Shown here: positions 1-8,660 of the stretch, one piece after another | Layout: every line of letters begins with the position of its first letter | How positions within the stretch are numbered: position 1 is the stretch's first letter | NCBI GenBank assembly: GCA_049972525.1 | Contig: JBMFKI010000004.1 | Coordinates: 15,879 to 79,878 of the forward strand | Length of the DNA stretch: 64,000 nucleotides | DNA from: Candidatus Bathyarchaeia archaeon | GTDB taxonomy: Archaea > Thermoproteota > Bathyarchaeia > Bathyarchaeales > Bathycorpusculaceae | Direction of reading: 5' to 3' | Translations under genes and position numbers: made by a program | The notes under the pieces: generated by a model | Databases searched by the model: none | Told to the model about the DNA's origin: nothing | What the model saw: the letters and a program-made list of their open reading frames with translations, nothing else

Positions 1-633
1 TGTTTGGGCTTGAACTACAAGGATCATGCTGCTGAACAAAACGTGCCGATACCAGACGAACCGATAATATTTTTCAAACCAAGAACCACAATAATCGGAC
101 CGAACGAAAAAATAGTCAAACCAAGCTTTGTTAATCAGCTTGACTATGAAGCTGAACTTGCGGTGGTCATAGGGAGAAAAGCGAAGAATGTCAAAGTTTC
201 AGAGGCAAAAACATACATTTTCGGATATACGATAATGAATGATGTTTCAGCTAGGGACATACAATTCAAGGACAAGCAGTGGACAAGGGGGAAAAGTTTT
301 GACACGTTCGCCCCAACTGGGCCATGCATAACCACCATAAACCAAATTGAAGACACATCTAGCTTGTCCATCCGTACATGGGTTAACAGTGAGCTTCGCC
401 AAAATTCAACAACGAAGAACATGGTCTTCACAGTTGAGGAGGTTATACATCACCTAAGCCGAGTGATGACACTTGAACCGTGTGACATAATTGCAACTGG
501 AACACCTGCAGGTGTTGGTTTTGCCATGAAGCCGAAACCGAAATTTCTGCAAGACGGCGATGTGGTAAGAATAGAAATTGAAAATATCGGTGTGCTTGAA
601 AACACTGTTGCAGAGGAAAAAGAAGTTCGCTAG
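1..633 (+). CDS. Fumarylacetoacetate hydrolase (FAH) family protein, 5'-truncated by the window edge
   Basis: The frame is open from base 1, so the true start lies upstream. The translation (GLNYKDHAAE, DYEAELAVVIG, ATGTPAGVG) follows the FAH-fold / 2-keto-4-pentenoate hydratase-like pattern. Stop at 631-633. Confidence 0.8.
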   Translation, partial: CLGLNYKDHAAEQNVPIPDEPIIFFKPRTTIIGPNEKIVKPSFVNQLDYEAELAVVIGRKAKNVKVSEAKTYIFGYTIMNDVSARDIQFKDKQWTRGKSFDTFAPTGPCITTINQIEDTSSLSIRTWVNSELRQNSTTKNMVFTVEEVIHHLSRVMTLEPCDIIATGTPAGVGFAMKPKPKFLQDGDVVRIEIENIGVLENTVAEEKEVR

Positions 634-639
634 ACGCAT

Positions 640-2727
640 TCACCTTTCAACTGTAACTTTGCTTACGCCAGCTTCCTTCTCAAGTCTTATCACATGTTCA
701 GCTTTCTCAGCGAAGGCTTCGCTGTGCGTAACTGCTATTATTTGTTCTATAGCCTTTAAACGTGATATTGCCTCTGCCAAGCGGTCTATTGAACCGTCTT
801 CTCTTCCAAGGCTTTCTGTAGGTTCATCGAGAAGCAGCATGCTTAACCCGTGACCAGTTCTTGACTGCATAATCAGCTGCCCCAAACCAAGGCGATACGC
901 AAATGCAATAAGCGTTCTTTCTCCGCCAGACAAGTTGGAAACATCCCGTTCAACACCACTTTCGCTCTTTACGTACGGCGTGTAAGTTTCATCAATCATC
1001 ACGTTTAGGAGCGGCCCTTCCCCGCCCACAAGACTATCTAGGATTTGTTGAACAAAGCTTCTCAAGATGCTTATGAACTCGCTTCTCAGTTTCGGTTGGA
1101 TGCTGCGGTAGGCGTCACGTATATTGCCGATAACCTCGATGATTTTTCCAATCTTCTCCATCTGCTCAATCTTCTGCTGGGCATTATCTATTCTCTCCTT
1201 AACATCGTCTAAACGCTTAAGCAGCTCTTTCTTGCTGTTTTCCTTGCTTTTCAATTCGGATTCAAGCCTAAAAAACAGCTTATAGGCATAATCCCTCTGG
1301 TTTTTAGCATTTTCCAGCTGCGATAAGTCAAATTTGCCAATTTCAGCTCGAACGGTTTCCAATTGCACGCGCAACTCCCTCTCCAACCTTTGTTTTTCTT
1401 TAAATTCTCGTGTAAGTTCAGATAGCGCCTCTTCTTCCTTGCTGATATTTCCTTTCAAGTTTTCCAGCTGCAAATTAAGCGTTTGCAGATTGGAAAAGGC
1501 GTTGTTCGCTATGTTTCTTACACGCTGAAGCTCTTCGATTTCCCGTTGAAGCTCACTTGCGGTCTTTTGCCTCTCAACATTTTCAGCTTGGATTCTCTGA
1601 AGCAAACCGCTTTTGTACTCATCATTCAAGGGCTGCAAACAGAGGGGGCATCTACTTTCAGCTGAGAGCTCCGTGACCCTTTTCTGGTTTTCCCTCATGC
1701 CTTTTAGGGTTGACTCTTGCTCAGCCTTTAAGCTTGAAATTTGGTCGTCGAAGTATGTTAGGTACTGCCTTAAACTCTCAATCGGCTGATCTGGTGAGAT
1801 TCCAACCTCTTTAAGTTTAAACTTGCAAGATTCTATCTGTGCTTCTATTTGCGTTAAACGTTTTCTTATATTTTCAATTGTGCCTTTTCGCTGTTCAATT
1901 TTTTCCGCAATACTGGCTGATGCATCTTCGATGTTTGCTAAGCTTGTCTGTATCTGCGTTTCCTTCCTCCTATGCTCCTCAACCTGTGCCTTCAGTTCTT
2001 CAAGTCTTTTTAGCTTTAAATCAGCCTCTTCTAGCACCCTCTTCGCTTTTTCCAGTTCTCCGCTTTTCTCCTGCAGCTCGCTCTCAACTGCTGATAACTC
2101 TTCAACCGCTCGGTTGTATTCCGTCTTTAGCCTTTCAATTCCAACAACATCTGGATCTCCAGCATATGCTTTCCTTTCTCCCTCGTATTCTTTTACGTAT
2201 CCCGCGAGGTTACTCCATGCAGTCTCGTAGTCTGATAAGCCGAAAAGCTCGTCTAGGCGCCTCTGTCTTTCTCTCGGCGTGATGTCTAAAAGTTCCTTCA
2301 AGTGTTCTTGCCTAACCCAAACTATTTCACGGAAAATATCCTTATCCAAACCAGTTATTGCTCTTAGCTGTTCGGCGACAGCGTCGCCCTTTACGCTTGC
2401 TATTAAGGTTTCATCTTCGAAAAGTTTCAGTTCATCGAAGTCTTGGCTTATGCCCTTCCCACGCCTCTTTAGACCGCGAATTATTTTGTAGCTCTTACCG
2501 TTTTGGAAAAACTGGATGGTTACTCTACCACTTTCTGCGCCTTCGCGAAGAAGATACTCATAGCCCTTTCCTAGAGGTTCACCGAACAAGGCGAAGTCTA
2601 CAGCGTATAAAATGCTTGATTTTCCACATCCTAAACCGCCGACTAGGCAGTTGAACCCCTTTGTGAAGGGCACTGTTGACTTTACATGAGATCGGATATT
2701 CTCCAGCTGGATGATTTCAATTTTCAT
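640..2727 (-). CDS. rad50: DNA double-strand break repair ATPase Rad50 (short, 695 aa)
   Basis: Walker A GGLGCGKSS, a long E/K/L-rich coiled coil with a central zinc hook CPLC, ABC signature LSGGER, Walker B LLLDEPT and H-loop VTHS. It overlaps mre11 by 4 nt. Confidence 0.9.
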   Translation of the reverse strand: MKIEIIQLENIRSHVKSTVPFTKGFNCLVGGLGCGKSSILYAVDFALFGEPLGKGYEYLLREGAESGRVTIQFFQNGKSYKIIRGLKRRGKGISQDFDELKLFEDETLIASVKGDAVAEQLRAITGLDKDIFREIVWVRQEHLKELLDITPRERQRRLDELFGLSDYETAWSNLAGYVKEYEGERKAYAGDPDVVGIERLKTEYNRAVEELSAVESELQEKSGELEKAKRVLEEADLKLKRLEELKAQVEEHRRKETQIQTSLANIEDASASIAEKIEQRKGTIENIRKRLTQIEAQIESCKFKLKEVGISPDQPIESLRQYLTYFDDQISSLKAEQESTLKGMRENQKRVTELSAESRCPLCLQPLNDEYKSGLLQRIQAENVERQKTASELQREIEELQRVRNIANNAFSNLQTLNLQLENLKGNISKEEEALSELTREFKEKQRLERELRVQLETVRAEIGKFDLSQLENAKNQRDYAYKLFFRLESELKSKENSKKELLKRLDDVKERIDNAQQKIEQMEKIGKIIEVIGNIRDAYRSIQPKLRSEFISILRSFVQQILDSLVGGEGPLLNVMIDETYTPYVKSESGVERDVSNLSGGERTLIAFAYRLGLGQLIMQSRTGHGLSMLLLDEPTESLGREDGSIDRLAEAISRLKAIEQIIAVTHSEAFAEKAEHVIRLEKEAGVSKVTVER

Positions 2728-3929
2728 TGGAAAAGCTCCTCTAGGGTCTGCTTAACTTTTTCCTCCTGCTTTTTCGTGAGGGGCTCGATTAGGCTAACGG
2801 CTATGCGCGCTATTTTTTCAGCCTCTTCGCGGCTGTGGCGTTCAGAAAAAATCTGCAGAAAGTATTCGAAAGACTTCGTCTTTAAATCTTTAAGCTCTCC
2901 TTGAAATATTGAGCGGACAATGTCCTCCGAAACTTCGCTTTCGCGCAGCAATATTATTGGATGTACAATAAGCGCTTTTTCCGCAGCGCTTCTGATTTGG
3001 GCTACGTCAACCTCGGCGCGACTTGCCTCAACTGGTAGACTTCCCTTCAAAACTGGAATTATAATTACGCCTTCTTCATCTGCGCCTTTCACAAGTTGAA
3101 CTGCCAAATCAGTTATTTTCGAAGGCATCAGTCCCGTAAAATCTTGCTCTAAAACGACAAATTTGCGAGTTGACTCAAGCTCCACAAACTTTAAAGAAGC
3201 CCTCTTCGACTCGTCAACCCTAACATAGTAAAAGCCCTTTTTAATCCTAGCCTCATCATAATTGACTGTTTCCGTACACCCGCTGTAAACAAGTGTTCCA
3301 GACTTAAATTTCCCCTCATATGGCAAATGCACATGCCCCGCTGCATAATAATCAAAGCCATCTGGTAAAAGCTCTGGCGGTGCCTCAGCCTCCATGTAAG
3401 GCGGCTTAACGCTTGGAATATCTAAAGCCATGTGAAATACAAATATGTTAAAAAGCGATGGATCAGGCGTTGGCTTGTTCTGCTCCATAAAAACGGGAAG
3501 CTGCTCTTCGGTTTTGCGTCTTGTTCTAAAGTTTGGCACACCATAAACGTAGCAGCATTCCGGCTTAAGCCAACAAGCACCCTCATGTTTTGGCAGGTGG
3601 TAAATTAGTCCAGCACTGTCAAGCGGATTTAGGATCGTTCCCGTTATTATGTTTGGAGCTGAATCATGCGAACCGTCCACCGTTAAAACTGGAATTCCAG
3701 CATCTCTGAGGCGGCTAAAATTTCTAATAGCCATTTCAAGCGTCGCGTTTGATGGTCTAGCTTGGTGGAACAGGTCCCCTGCAATTATCATGAAGTCAGG
3801 CTTTAATTCTACGGCTTTATCCACTAACTCTCCAAAGGCTCTGTCAAAGTCTTCGCGCCTTTCCTCTAGGCCGTACTGCGAATAACCCAAATGCAAATCT
3901 GCAGCGTGAATGAAGTTGAAAGCCTTCAA
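2724..3929 (-). CDS. mre11: DNA repair nuclease Mre11
   Basis: Calcineurin-like phosphoesterase motifs in order: HAADLHLG, AGDLFH, VDGSHD, GHVH. It lies immediately upstream of and overlaps rad50, the conserved archaeal operon arrangement. Confidence 0.9.
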   Translation of the reverse strand: MKAFNFIHAADLHLGYSQYGLEERREDFDRAFGELVDKAVELKPDFMIIAGDLFHQARPSNATLEMAIRNFSRLRDAGIPVLTVDGSHDSAPNIITGTILNPLDSAGLIYHLPKHEGACWLKPECCYVYGVPNFRTRRKTEEQLPVFMEQNKPTPDPSLFNIFVFHMALDIPSVKPPYMEAEAPPELLPDGFDYYAAGHVHLPYEGKFKSGTLVYSGCTETVNYDEARIKKGFYYVRVDESKRASLKFVELESTRKFVVLEQDFTGLMPSKITDLAVQLVKGADEEGVIIIPVLKGSLPVEASRAEVDVAQIRSAAEKALIVHPIILLRESEVSEDIVRSIFQGELKDLKTKSFEYFLQIFSERHSREEAEKIARIAVSLIEPLTKKQEEKVKQTLEELFQ

Positions 3930-4079
3930 ATTTCTCTGCAGCTCCTAACAATGACGTTTTAGAATTGGTGAAAGCACTATTTTAAAATAACTTGACACAT
4001 CAAACACTTTTTAGCGAGATAGAAACATATAAACAGTTGCCCGAATTTTAAGTTAAGCATCAAAAGGATTGTAAAAGCA

Positions 4080-4898
4080 ATGCAGTGCGACAAATGCAAG
4101 AAGGAAGTGTTCCTACCATTCAAATGTCCATATTGTGGAGGCTACTTCTGCGCTGAACACCGCCTACCAGAAAACCACAATTGCCCACAAATAGACCATG
4201 TGCACGCGCCAACGCATATAACACCAACAATAGTCGTTCAAAATCAAGGACCAACCGAATATTCCGTGACATACGTTTCAGTTGAACCTCCCAAAAGGGG
4301 CAAAGTTCATTTCAGCATAAAAGAGGCCCAACACTTAGCCATAGCCACATTATTGGTTATAGGCATAGCTTTATCACTAATAGTTTTTCCAGGGTTTAAA
4401 ATAGAAATTATCGACCCAACCATAATCGCAGCATCAGCTACAATATTGGTCGTATCCTTCTTCGCCCATGAAATGGCACATAAAATTACAGCTCAAAAAC
4501 ATGGTTTTTGGGCGGAGTTTAGGCTGACTTTTATGGGAGCAATATTAACATTGTTCTCTATAATGTCACCCTACTTCAAGGTTATATCGCCTGGCGCAGT
4601 AATAGTTTCTGGACTGGCAGACAAGGAAACCCTTGGAAAAGTGTCAATCGCTGGACCAACAACCAATATAGCATTGTCAACAGCTTTTCTTGCAGCAAAC
4701 TTTTTCAGCGCCCAGAATGCTTTAGCTCCAATATTTTTGTTTGGTGCAGCTTTCAACGCTTGGATAGCCCTTTTTAACTTAATCCCGCTGGGAATACTTG
4801 ACGGCTTCAAAGTCTTCACGTGGAATAAGCGGATATGGATTTCAACCTTTGCAATAAGCCTACTTCTAACATGGTACTCCTACACGCTGATCTTTTAG
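4080..4898 (+). CDS. AN1-type zinc finger fused to an M50 (site-2 protease-like) membrane metalloprotease
   Basis: N-terminus CDKCKKEVFLPFKCPYCGGYFCAEHRLPENHNC follows the AN1 finger pattern. Several hydrophobic helices follow, then HEMAHK (HExxH) and NLIPLGILDG (M50 NxxPxxxLDG motif). Confidence 0.75.
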   Translation: MQCDKCKKEVFLPFKCPYCGGYFCAEHRLPENHNCPQIDHVHAPTHITPTIVVQNQGPTEYSVTYVSVEPPKRGKVHFSIKEAQHLAIATLLVIGIALSLIVFPGFKIEIIDPTIIAASATILVVSFFAHEMAHKITAQKHGFWAEFRLTFMGAILTLFSIMSPYFKVISPGAVIVSGLADKETLGKVSIAGPTTNIALSTAFLAANFFSAQNALAPIFLFGAAFNAWIALFNLIPLGILDGFKVFTWNKRIWISTFAISLLLTWYSYTLIF

Positions 4899-4980
4899 CA
4901 AAAACCACTTTAACCTTCGGAAAAAGTTATTTACTTAATTAAACCTTACAGATTAAACGTAAAATTTTCGTGATAGCAAC

Positions 4981-5271
4981 ATGGTAAACAGAGATAGACA
5001 CGACATAACATTCGCAATTTTGAAGAAAGCCATCCATGGAAAGAGGAAAACGGAAATAATGCGGGATGTAGGTTTGTCCTACATGCAGTCAAAACAATAT
5101 TTCACGATGCTCTTGGAGAAAGGTCTGCTGGAAATCAGCGGCGACAAGCTTAAGACAACAAAGAAGGGTTTAGAATTTATGGAGAAATGCGCGAACTGCT
5201 TGTTATACCATTGGGGCAAACAAAAAAGCAACGATGGCAATTGTGTTTATGAGAGCTCTATGGTTACATGA
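4981..5271 (+). CDS. Small winged-helix DNA-binding protein (putative transcription regulator)
   Basis: 96-aa ORF. The helix-turn-helix-like stretch KTEIMRDVGLSYMQSKQYFTMLLEKGLLEI resembles small archaeal wHTH proteins. It overlaps the convergent rps10 3' end by 25 nt. Confidence 0.5.
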   Translation: MVNRDRHDITFAILKKAIHGKRKTEIMRDVGLSYMQSKQYFTMLLEKGLLEISGDKLKTTKKGLEFMEKCANCLLYHWGKQKSNDGNCVYESSMVT

Positions 5272-5561
5272 ACTTCTTCTGGAACACGAATACGCATTAT
5301 GCGCCTCATAACTTGCCCTTCGGCATCAATGTATATGACGCGCTTATGGATGCGCATCTCCCATTTATCCCAAGTGGATGTTCCCTCGCCGCAGGGAGAC
5401 TTCAAAACCGGGACGCGTAACCTTTTAGTGGGCAGTGGGATGGGCCCGTTCATTTTAACCCCGGTTTTCTCGGCGATGGCCTTCAGTTCCCCACATACCT
5501 CTTCCAGCTTCTCGTAATCTGTGCTTGTTAAGCGTATTCTTGCCATTTTAGCCATCGCCAA
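5247..5561 (-). CDS. rps10: 30S ribosomal protein S10 (uS10)
   Basis: ARIRLTSTDYEKLEEVC...GPIPLPTKRLRVPVLKSPCGEGTSTWDKWEMRIHKRVIYIDA is a typical archaeal uS10 sequence. Size is about 100 aa. The start may be one of the in-frame Met codons at residues 1, 3 or 6. Confidence 0.9.
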   Translation of the reverse strand: MAMAKMARIRLTSTDYEKLEEVCGELKAIAEKTGVKMNGPIPLPTKRLRVPVLKSPCGEGTSTWDKWEMRIHKRVIYIDAEGQVMRRIMRIRVPEEVHVTIELS

Positions 5562-5741
5562 TCATTCCCGCAAGCTTTTCTAAACGGATTTGTTTGGTAA
5601 TTACCTTACAACAACAAGCCGCAAATAAAAACTTATCGACAGTTGCTTTTGAGTTGTTAACCCTAATTTTTCCACTTGCGTGTCTGGTTAATATATCATC
5701 TTGACAAAGTTTATTGAAAAGGAAGTAATAGTCCTAAGCAG

Positions 5742-6416
5742 ATGGAAGAGAGCAGAATGGTAGCCAAAAAATTGAGAGTTAAGGCTGTACTCTTGGACTT
5801 GGATGGTACAATAGTTGACTCTAGGGAAGCCTATCTAGAAGCGTTAAAACATGCTTTCTCCGCAACTGGACAAAACATGATGATTGAAAAGACGGCGCTT
5901 GAGATCCCTAAGAGACTGGAACAGAATTTGCCAATAAACGACTTGATAGGAAACGTGAACGCGCAACGGTTTTTGGAAGTATACCTCAAGTCCTATTATG
6001 AGGCAACAGCAGCAAAGACGAAGCCTATGCCGAAAATTTCAGAAACATTGGATAAACTTTCAGGTAGAGCAAAGCTGGCTTTGATAACTATGCGTTATGT
6101 TCCGAAGGAGAACGTGATTTCAGAACTTGAAGGATTCGGCTTATCAAAATACTTCCAGTATGTAGTTACGGCGCTTGACACCAAAAACCCTAAACCTTCT
6201 CCAGAAGCGCTGATACGGTGTGCTAAGCAGCTTTGCGTCGAACCTTGCGAGTGTGCAGTTGTAGGAGACTCTGTAGCTGATGTTAAAGCTGGGAAGAGGG
6301 CTGGCGCAAAGACTGTTGCTGTTTTAACTGGAATATTCTCCCTAAAAGAATTAAAGGCTGAAAAACCAGACCTAATTATTGAAAGCATCGATAAACTTCC
6401 AGATTTTATAGAATAA
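5742..6416 (+). CDS. HAD-superfamily hydrolase (phosphoglycolate phosphatase-like, subfamily IA)
   Basis: Motif I LLDLDGTIVDS and motif IV VGDSVADVKAGKRAG, with a helical cap between them. Confidence 0.75.
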   Translation: MEESRMVAKKLRVKAVLLDLDGTIVDSREAYLEALKHAFSATGQNMMIEKTALEIPKRLEQNLPINDLIGNVNAQRFLEVYLKSYYEATAAKTKPMPKISETLDKLSGRAKLALITMRYVPKENVISELEGFGLSKYFQYVVTALDTKNPKPSPEALIRCAKQLCVEPCECAVVGDSVADVKAGKRAGAKTVAVLTGIFSLKELKAEKPDLIIESIDKLPDFIE

Positions 6417-6534
6417 GCCTTTAAATTTGTCTGAAGATATTCTGTTTTTTGAAATATGGCTGAAAATTACTTAAAAATCTTATAGAAGCAACCATAAATA
6501 AAGCTTAATTAAAAGCTCAACACCTAATTTAAAC

Positions 6535-7176
6535 ATGGAGAAGGCTTCAGAGCGGGAGTGTCAAATGAACTTCATTGAAATACTGTTGTCTGAAAGACTC
6601 AAAAACATAAACCCCTCATTAGACATATTCGGCTCAGACCGCAAAGTGCTTCAAGTGGCATGTCAAGACCTAACGAACTATCTTAAAGTTCACTGGAACC
6701 TAATAGGAAAAGAGGCGAATGACTGCGAAACGGCAGAACGCCTAGAAAAGTTTTTCAACGAAAATCCACGCGAACTGGAAGAGTTCCTTGACATTTGGAC
6801 GGAAATATGGTTTAAGAAGTGGAAGGAACGCGTAAAACTGCTTATAGGAAACGAAAATTCAAAAAGGTGGGACAAAGTTACGAAAATTCTAAGCGACGCA
6901 GAACCATTATGGCGTAGACTTTCAAACCGTCAGGAGATGCAGGAAATAGTCGTTTCCACACTTGTGAAAAATGGCGAGATATGTGGCACAGCAATCTTGG
7001 CGGAGAACCTCCTAAAAATGGAGTTGGGAGAAAGAAAGAGGGAATATGCCAACGACGCAGAGCACATAGTAAAAATTGTTAACTCCACATTAAGAAAGGC
7101 AAGAGAATTGACAAGAAGCAGTGGACCACTAATTTACGTCAAAATTGATAGGGGCTACTACAATTTTACACATTAA
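6535..7176 (+). CDS. Hypothetical protein (no recognisable family)
   Basis: 213-aa ORF in an otherwise unoccupied interval. It is charged and helical-looking, with no motif I can name. Confidence 0.4.
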   Translation: MEKASERECQMNFIEILLSERLKNINPSLDIFGSDRKVLQVACQDLTNYLKVHWNLIGKEANDCETAERLEKFFNENPRELEEFLDIWTEIWFKKWKERVKLLIGNENSKRWDKVTKILSDAEPLWRRLSNRQEMQEIVVSTLVKNGEICGTAILAENLLKMELGERKREYANDAEHIVKIVNSTLRKARELTRSSGPLIYVKIDRGYYNFTH

Positions 7177-7187
7177 AAATGGCAAAA

Positions 7188-7385
7188 TTAACGAAGCCTT
7201 TCTTTATGAATGTTCCTTGTTTTCCACGAATACTCCTTGATAGATTTCGTTTCTCCGTAACCGCACGCTGCGCACCTTTTCTTCGTTACGTTATATGCTC
7301 TTCTGCCGCATCGTCTACAACGAATATGGAGAGTTTTTCCGGCGCGTTTGCCGAAAGAGGGCGTGCCTTTTCCCAAAAGATTCAC
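7188..7385 (-). CDS. rpl37e: 50S ribosomal protein L37e (eL37)
   Basis: [10 protein letters not shown]...[23 protein letters not shown] is the zinc-ribbon eL37 signature. It overlaps the upstream Sm gene by 4 nt, the conserved archaeal Sm-L37e operon. Confidence 0.9.
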   Translation of the reverse strand: MNLLGKGTPSFGKRAGKTLHIRCRRCGRRAYNVTKKRCAACGYGETKSIKEYSWKTRNIHKERLR

Positions 7386-7609
7386 CTTGGAGGTGGCGAA
7401 ATTAGGACAACGTTATCCCCGCGGACAATTATCAAGCCAAGCTTCTTCACGCTTTCATTGTTTGTAGTGTCCTCTGTTTCTTCTAAAACGAGGTTTAAAT
7501 GCTGGTCGAAACCCTTCAATCTTCCACGTAGGCTTTTCCCACCCTTCAAGCGTACAAGAACTATTTTACCCAGGTTTTGTTCAAGAATCTCCGTTGTCAT
7601 CTCACTCAT
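7382..7609 (-). CDS. Sm-like archaeal protein (SmAP/LSm)
   Basis: Sm1/Sm2 motifs: [31 protein letters not shown]...[11 protein letters not shown]. 75 aa. Confidence 0.9.
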   Translation of the reverse strand: MSEMTTEILEQNLGKIVLVRLKGGKSLRGRLKGFDQHLNLVLEETEDTTNNESVKKLGLIIVRGDNVVLISPPPR

Positions 7610-7686
7610 TCAGGACCCTCAAACCACATTTTATGTCTTTTATACTTAAACTTATACCATTTAAACCTATCTAAGGAGAAAGCCAA

Positions 7687-8190
7687 ATGTCCGCAAAATT
7701 TAGAAGACATTTTCTAAAAGCAAAGGATTTAAGGACGCTAATAAACGACGCCTCAAAAAAGCTGAAAATCAATTTAGAGCAAACGTTAAAGGGCAAGCTA
7801 AACGCTGAGGTTATCGAAGCCGATGGCGCTGAAGTATACTTGCTGAATGGTAAAGCATTATTGGCTAAGGTGGATGGAAATCTCTTTCCAACGCTTACCT
7901 TTACAGAATACCTAAACTCAGCGCCTAAAGTAGTTGTCGATATGGGCGCTGTCCCGCATGTCTGTAATGGGGCGGATATTATGGCGCCAGGAATCAAAAA
8001 TTTTATTGGAGAATTTAAAGGCGGCGATTTTGTTCTCGTTGTGGATGAAAAATATGGTAAGCCATTAGCTGTTGGCGAAATACTGTTTGACGCGGAAAGA
8101 GTTGCCGAAATCAAGCATGGTAGGGTTGTTAAAAACGTTCACTTTGTCGGCGACGAAGTGTGGAGTGTCATAAAGCGGGTTAAAGGTTAA
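7687..8190 (+). CDS. PUA-domain RNA-binding protein (MCT-1/Tma20-like)
   Basis: C-terminal PUA pattern VVVDMGAVPHVCNGADIMAPGI...KPLAVGE...VKNVHFVGDEVW. 167 aa. Confidence 0.8.
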   Translation: MSAKFRRHFLKAKDLRTLINDASKKLKINLEQTLKGKLNAEVIEADGAEVYLLNGKALLAKVDGNLFPTLTFTEYLNSAPKVVVDMGAVPHVCNGADIMAPGIKNFIGEFKGGDFVLVVDEKYGKPLAVGEILFDAERVAEIKHGRVVKNVHFVGDEVWSVIKRVKG

Positions 8191-8303
8191 GCTGGAATCC
8201 ATATTTCAGATTCATAAGACAATTATCTGTAATAGAAATTTAGACCTGAAATTAAGAAACACTTAAACTGTAGAAAAGAGAATAAAATTTAGAGAGGAGA
8301 AAA

Positions 8304-8660
8304 TTGCCGGGTTTAGGTGGAATCCTGCGCAAGTCAAAAAGGGAAGAAAAAGCGGAATTGAAGGGTGCTTCTGGCAAGACATACCTTAAGGCTATGCCTC
8401 TCAGAGACTTGTCGGATCTTGACAACGTGAAGGCCGAGGTGAAATCTGGCAACATACTAATTCTTAGAATAACCCCTCTCGCAAGCAAAAGCGTAGATGA
8501 TGTTAAACGCGCTGTGAATGAGTTGTGCGAGTTTGCCGAATCTTTAGGCGGGGACATTGCAAGACTTGGAGAAGAACGTGTGGTTATTTGTCCCCCGAAT
8601 GTTAAGATTTGGCGAGAAAAAACTCCAGTTTCAAAGGAACCTATGGTCACAGCAGCCTGA
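8304..8660 (+). CDS. sepF: Cell division protein SepF-like (DUF552)
   Basis: 118 aa with a TTG start. The core LRDLSDLDNVKAEVKSGNILILRITPL...DIARLGEERVVICPPNVKI matches the archaeal SepF fold pattern. Confidence 0.6.
   Translation: MPGLGGILRKSKREEKAELKGASGKTYLKAMPLRDLSDLDNVKAEVKSGNILILRITPLASKSVDDVKRAVNELCEFAESLGGDIARLGEERVVICPPNVKIWREKTPVSKEPMVTAA

Noticed and set aside
640-3929. Rad50/Mre11 pair as a possible SMC/SbcCD-type defence module
   Set aside because: Both proteins carry the full canonical DNA-repair motifs and the zinc hook. No associated defence-type genes (nuclease/helicase/methylase partners) flank them, so a housekeeping repair role is the simpler reading.
7179-7649. 156-aa plus-strand ORF
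   Set aside because: It lies exactly antisense to the well-supported rpl37e and Sm genes. The sequence is low-complexity (S/F/R-rich), typical of a shadow ORF.
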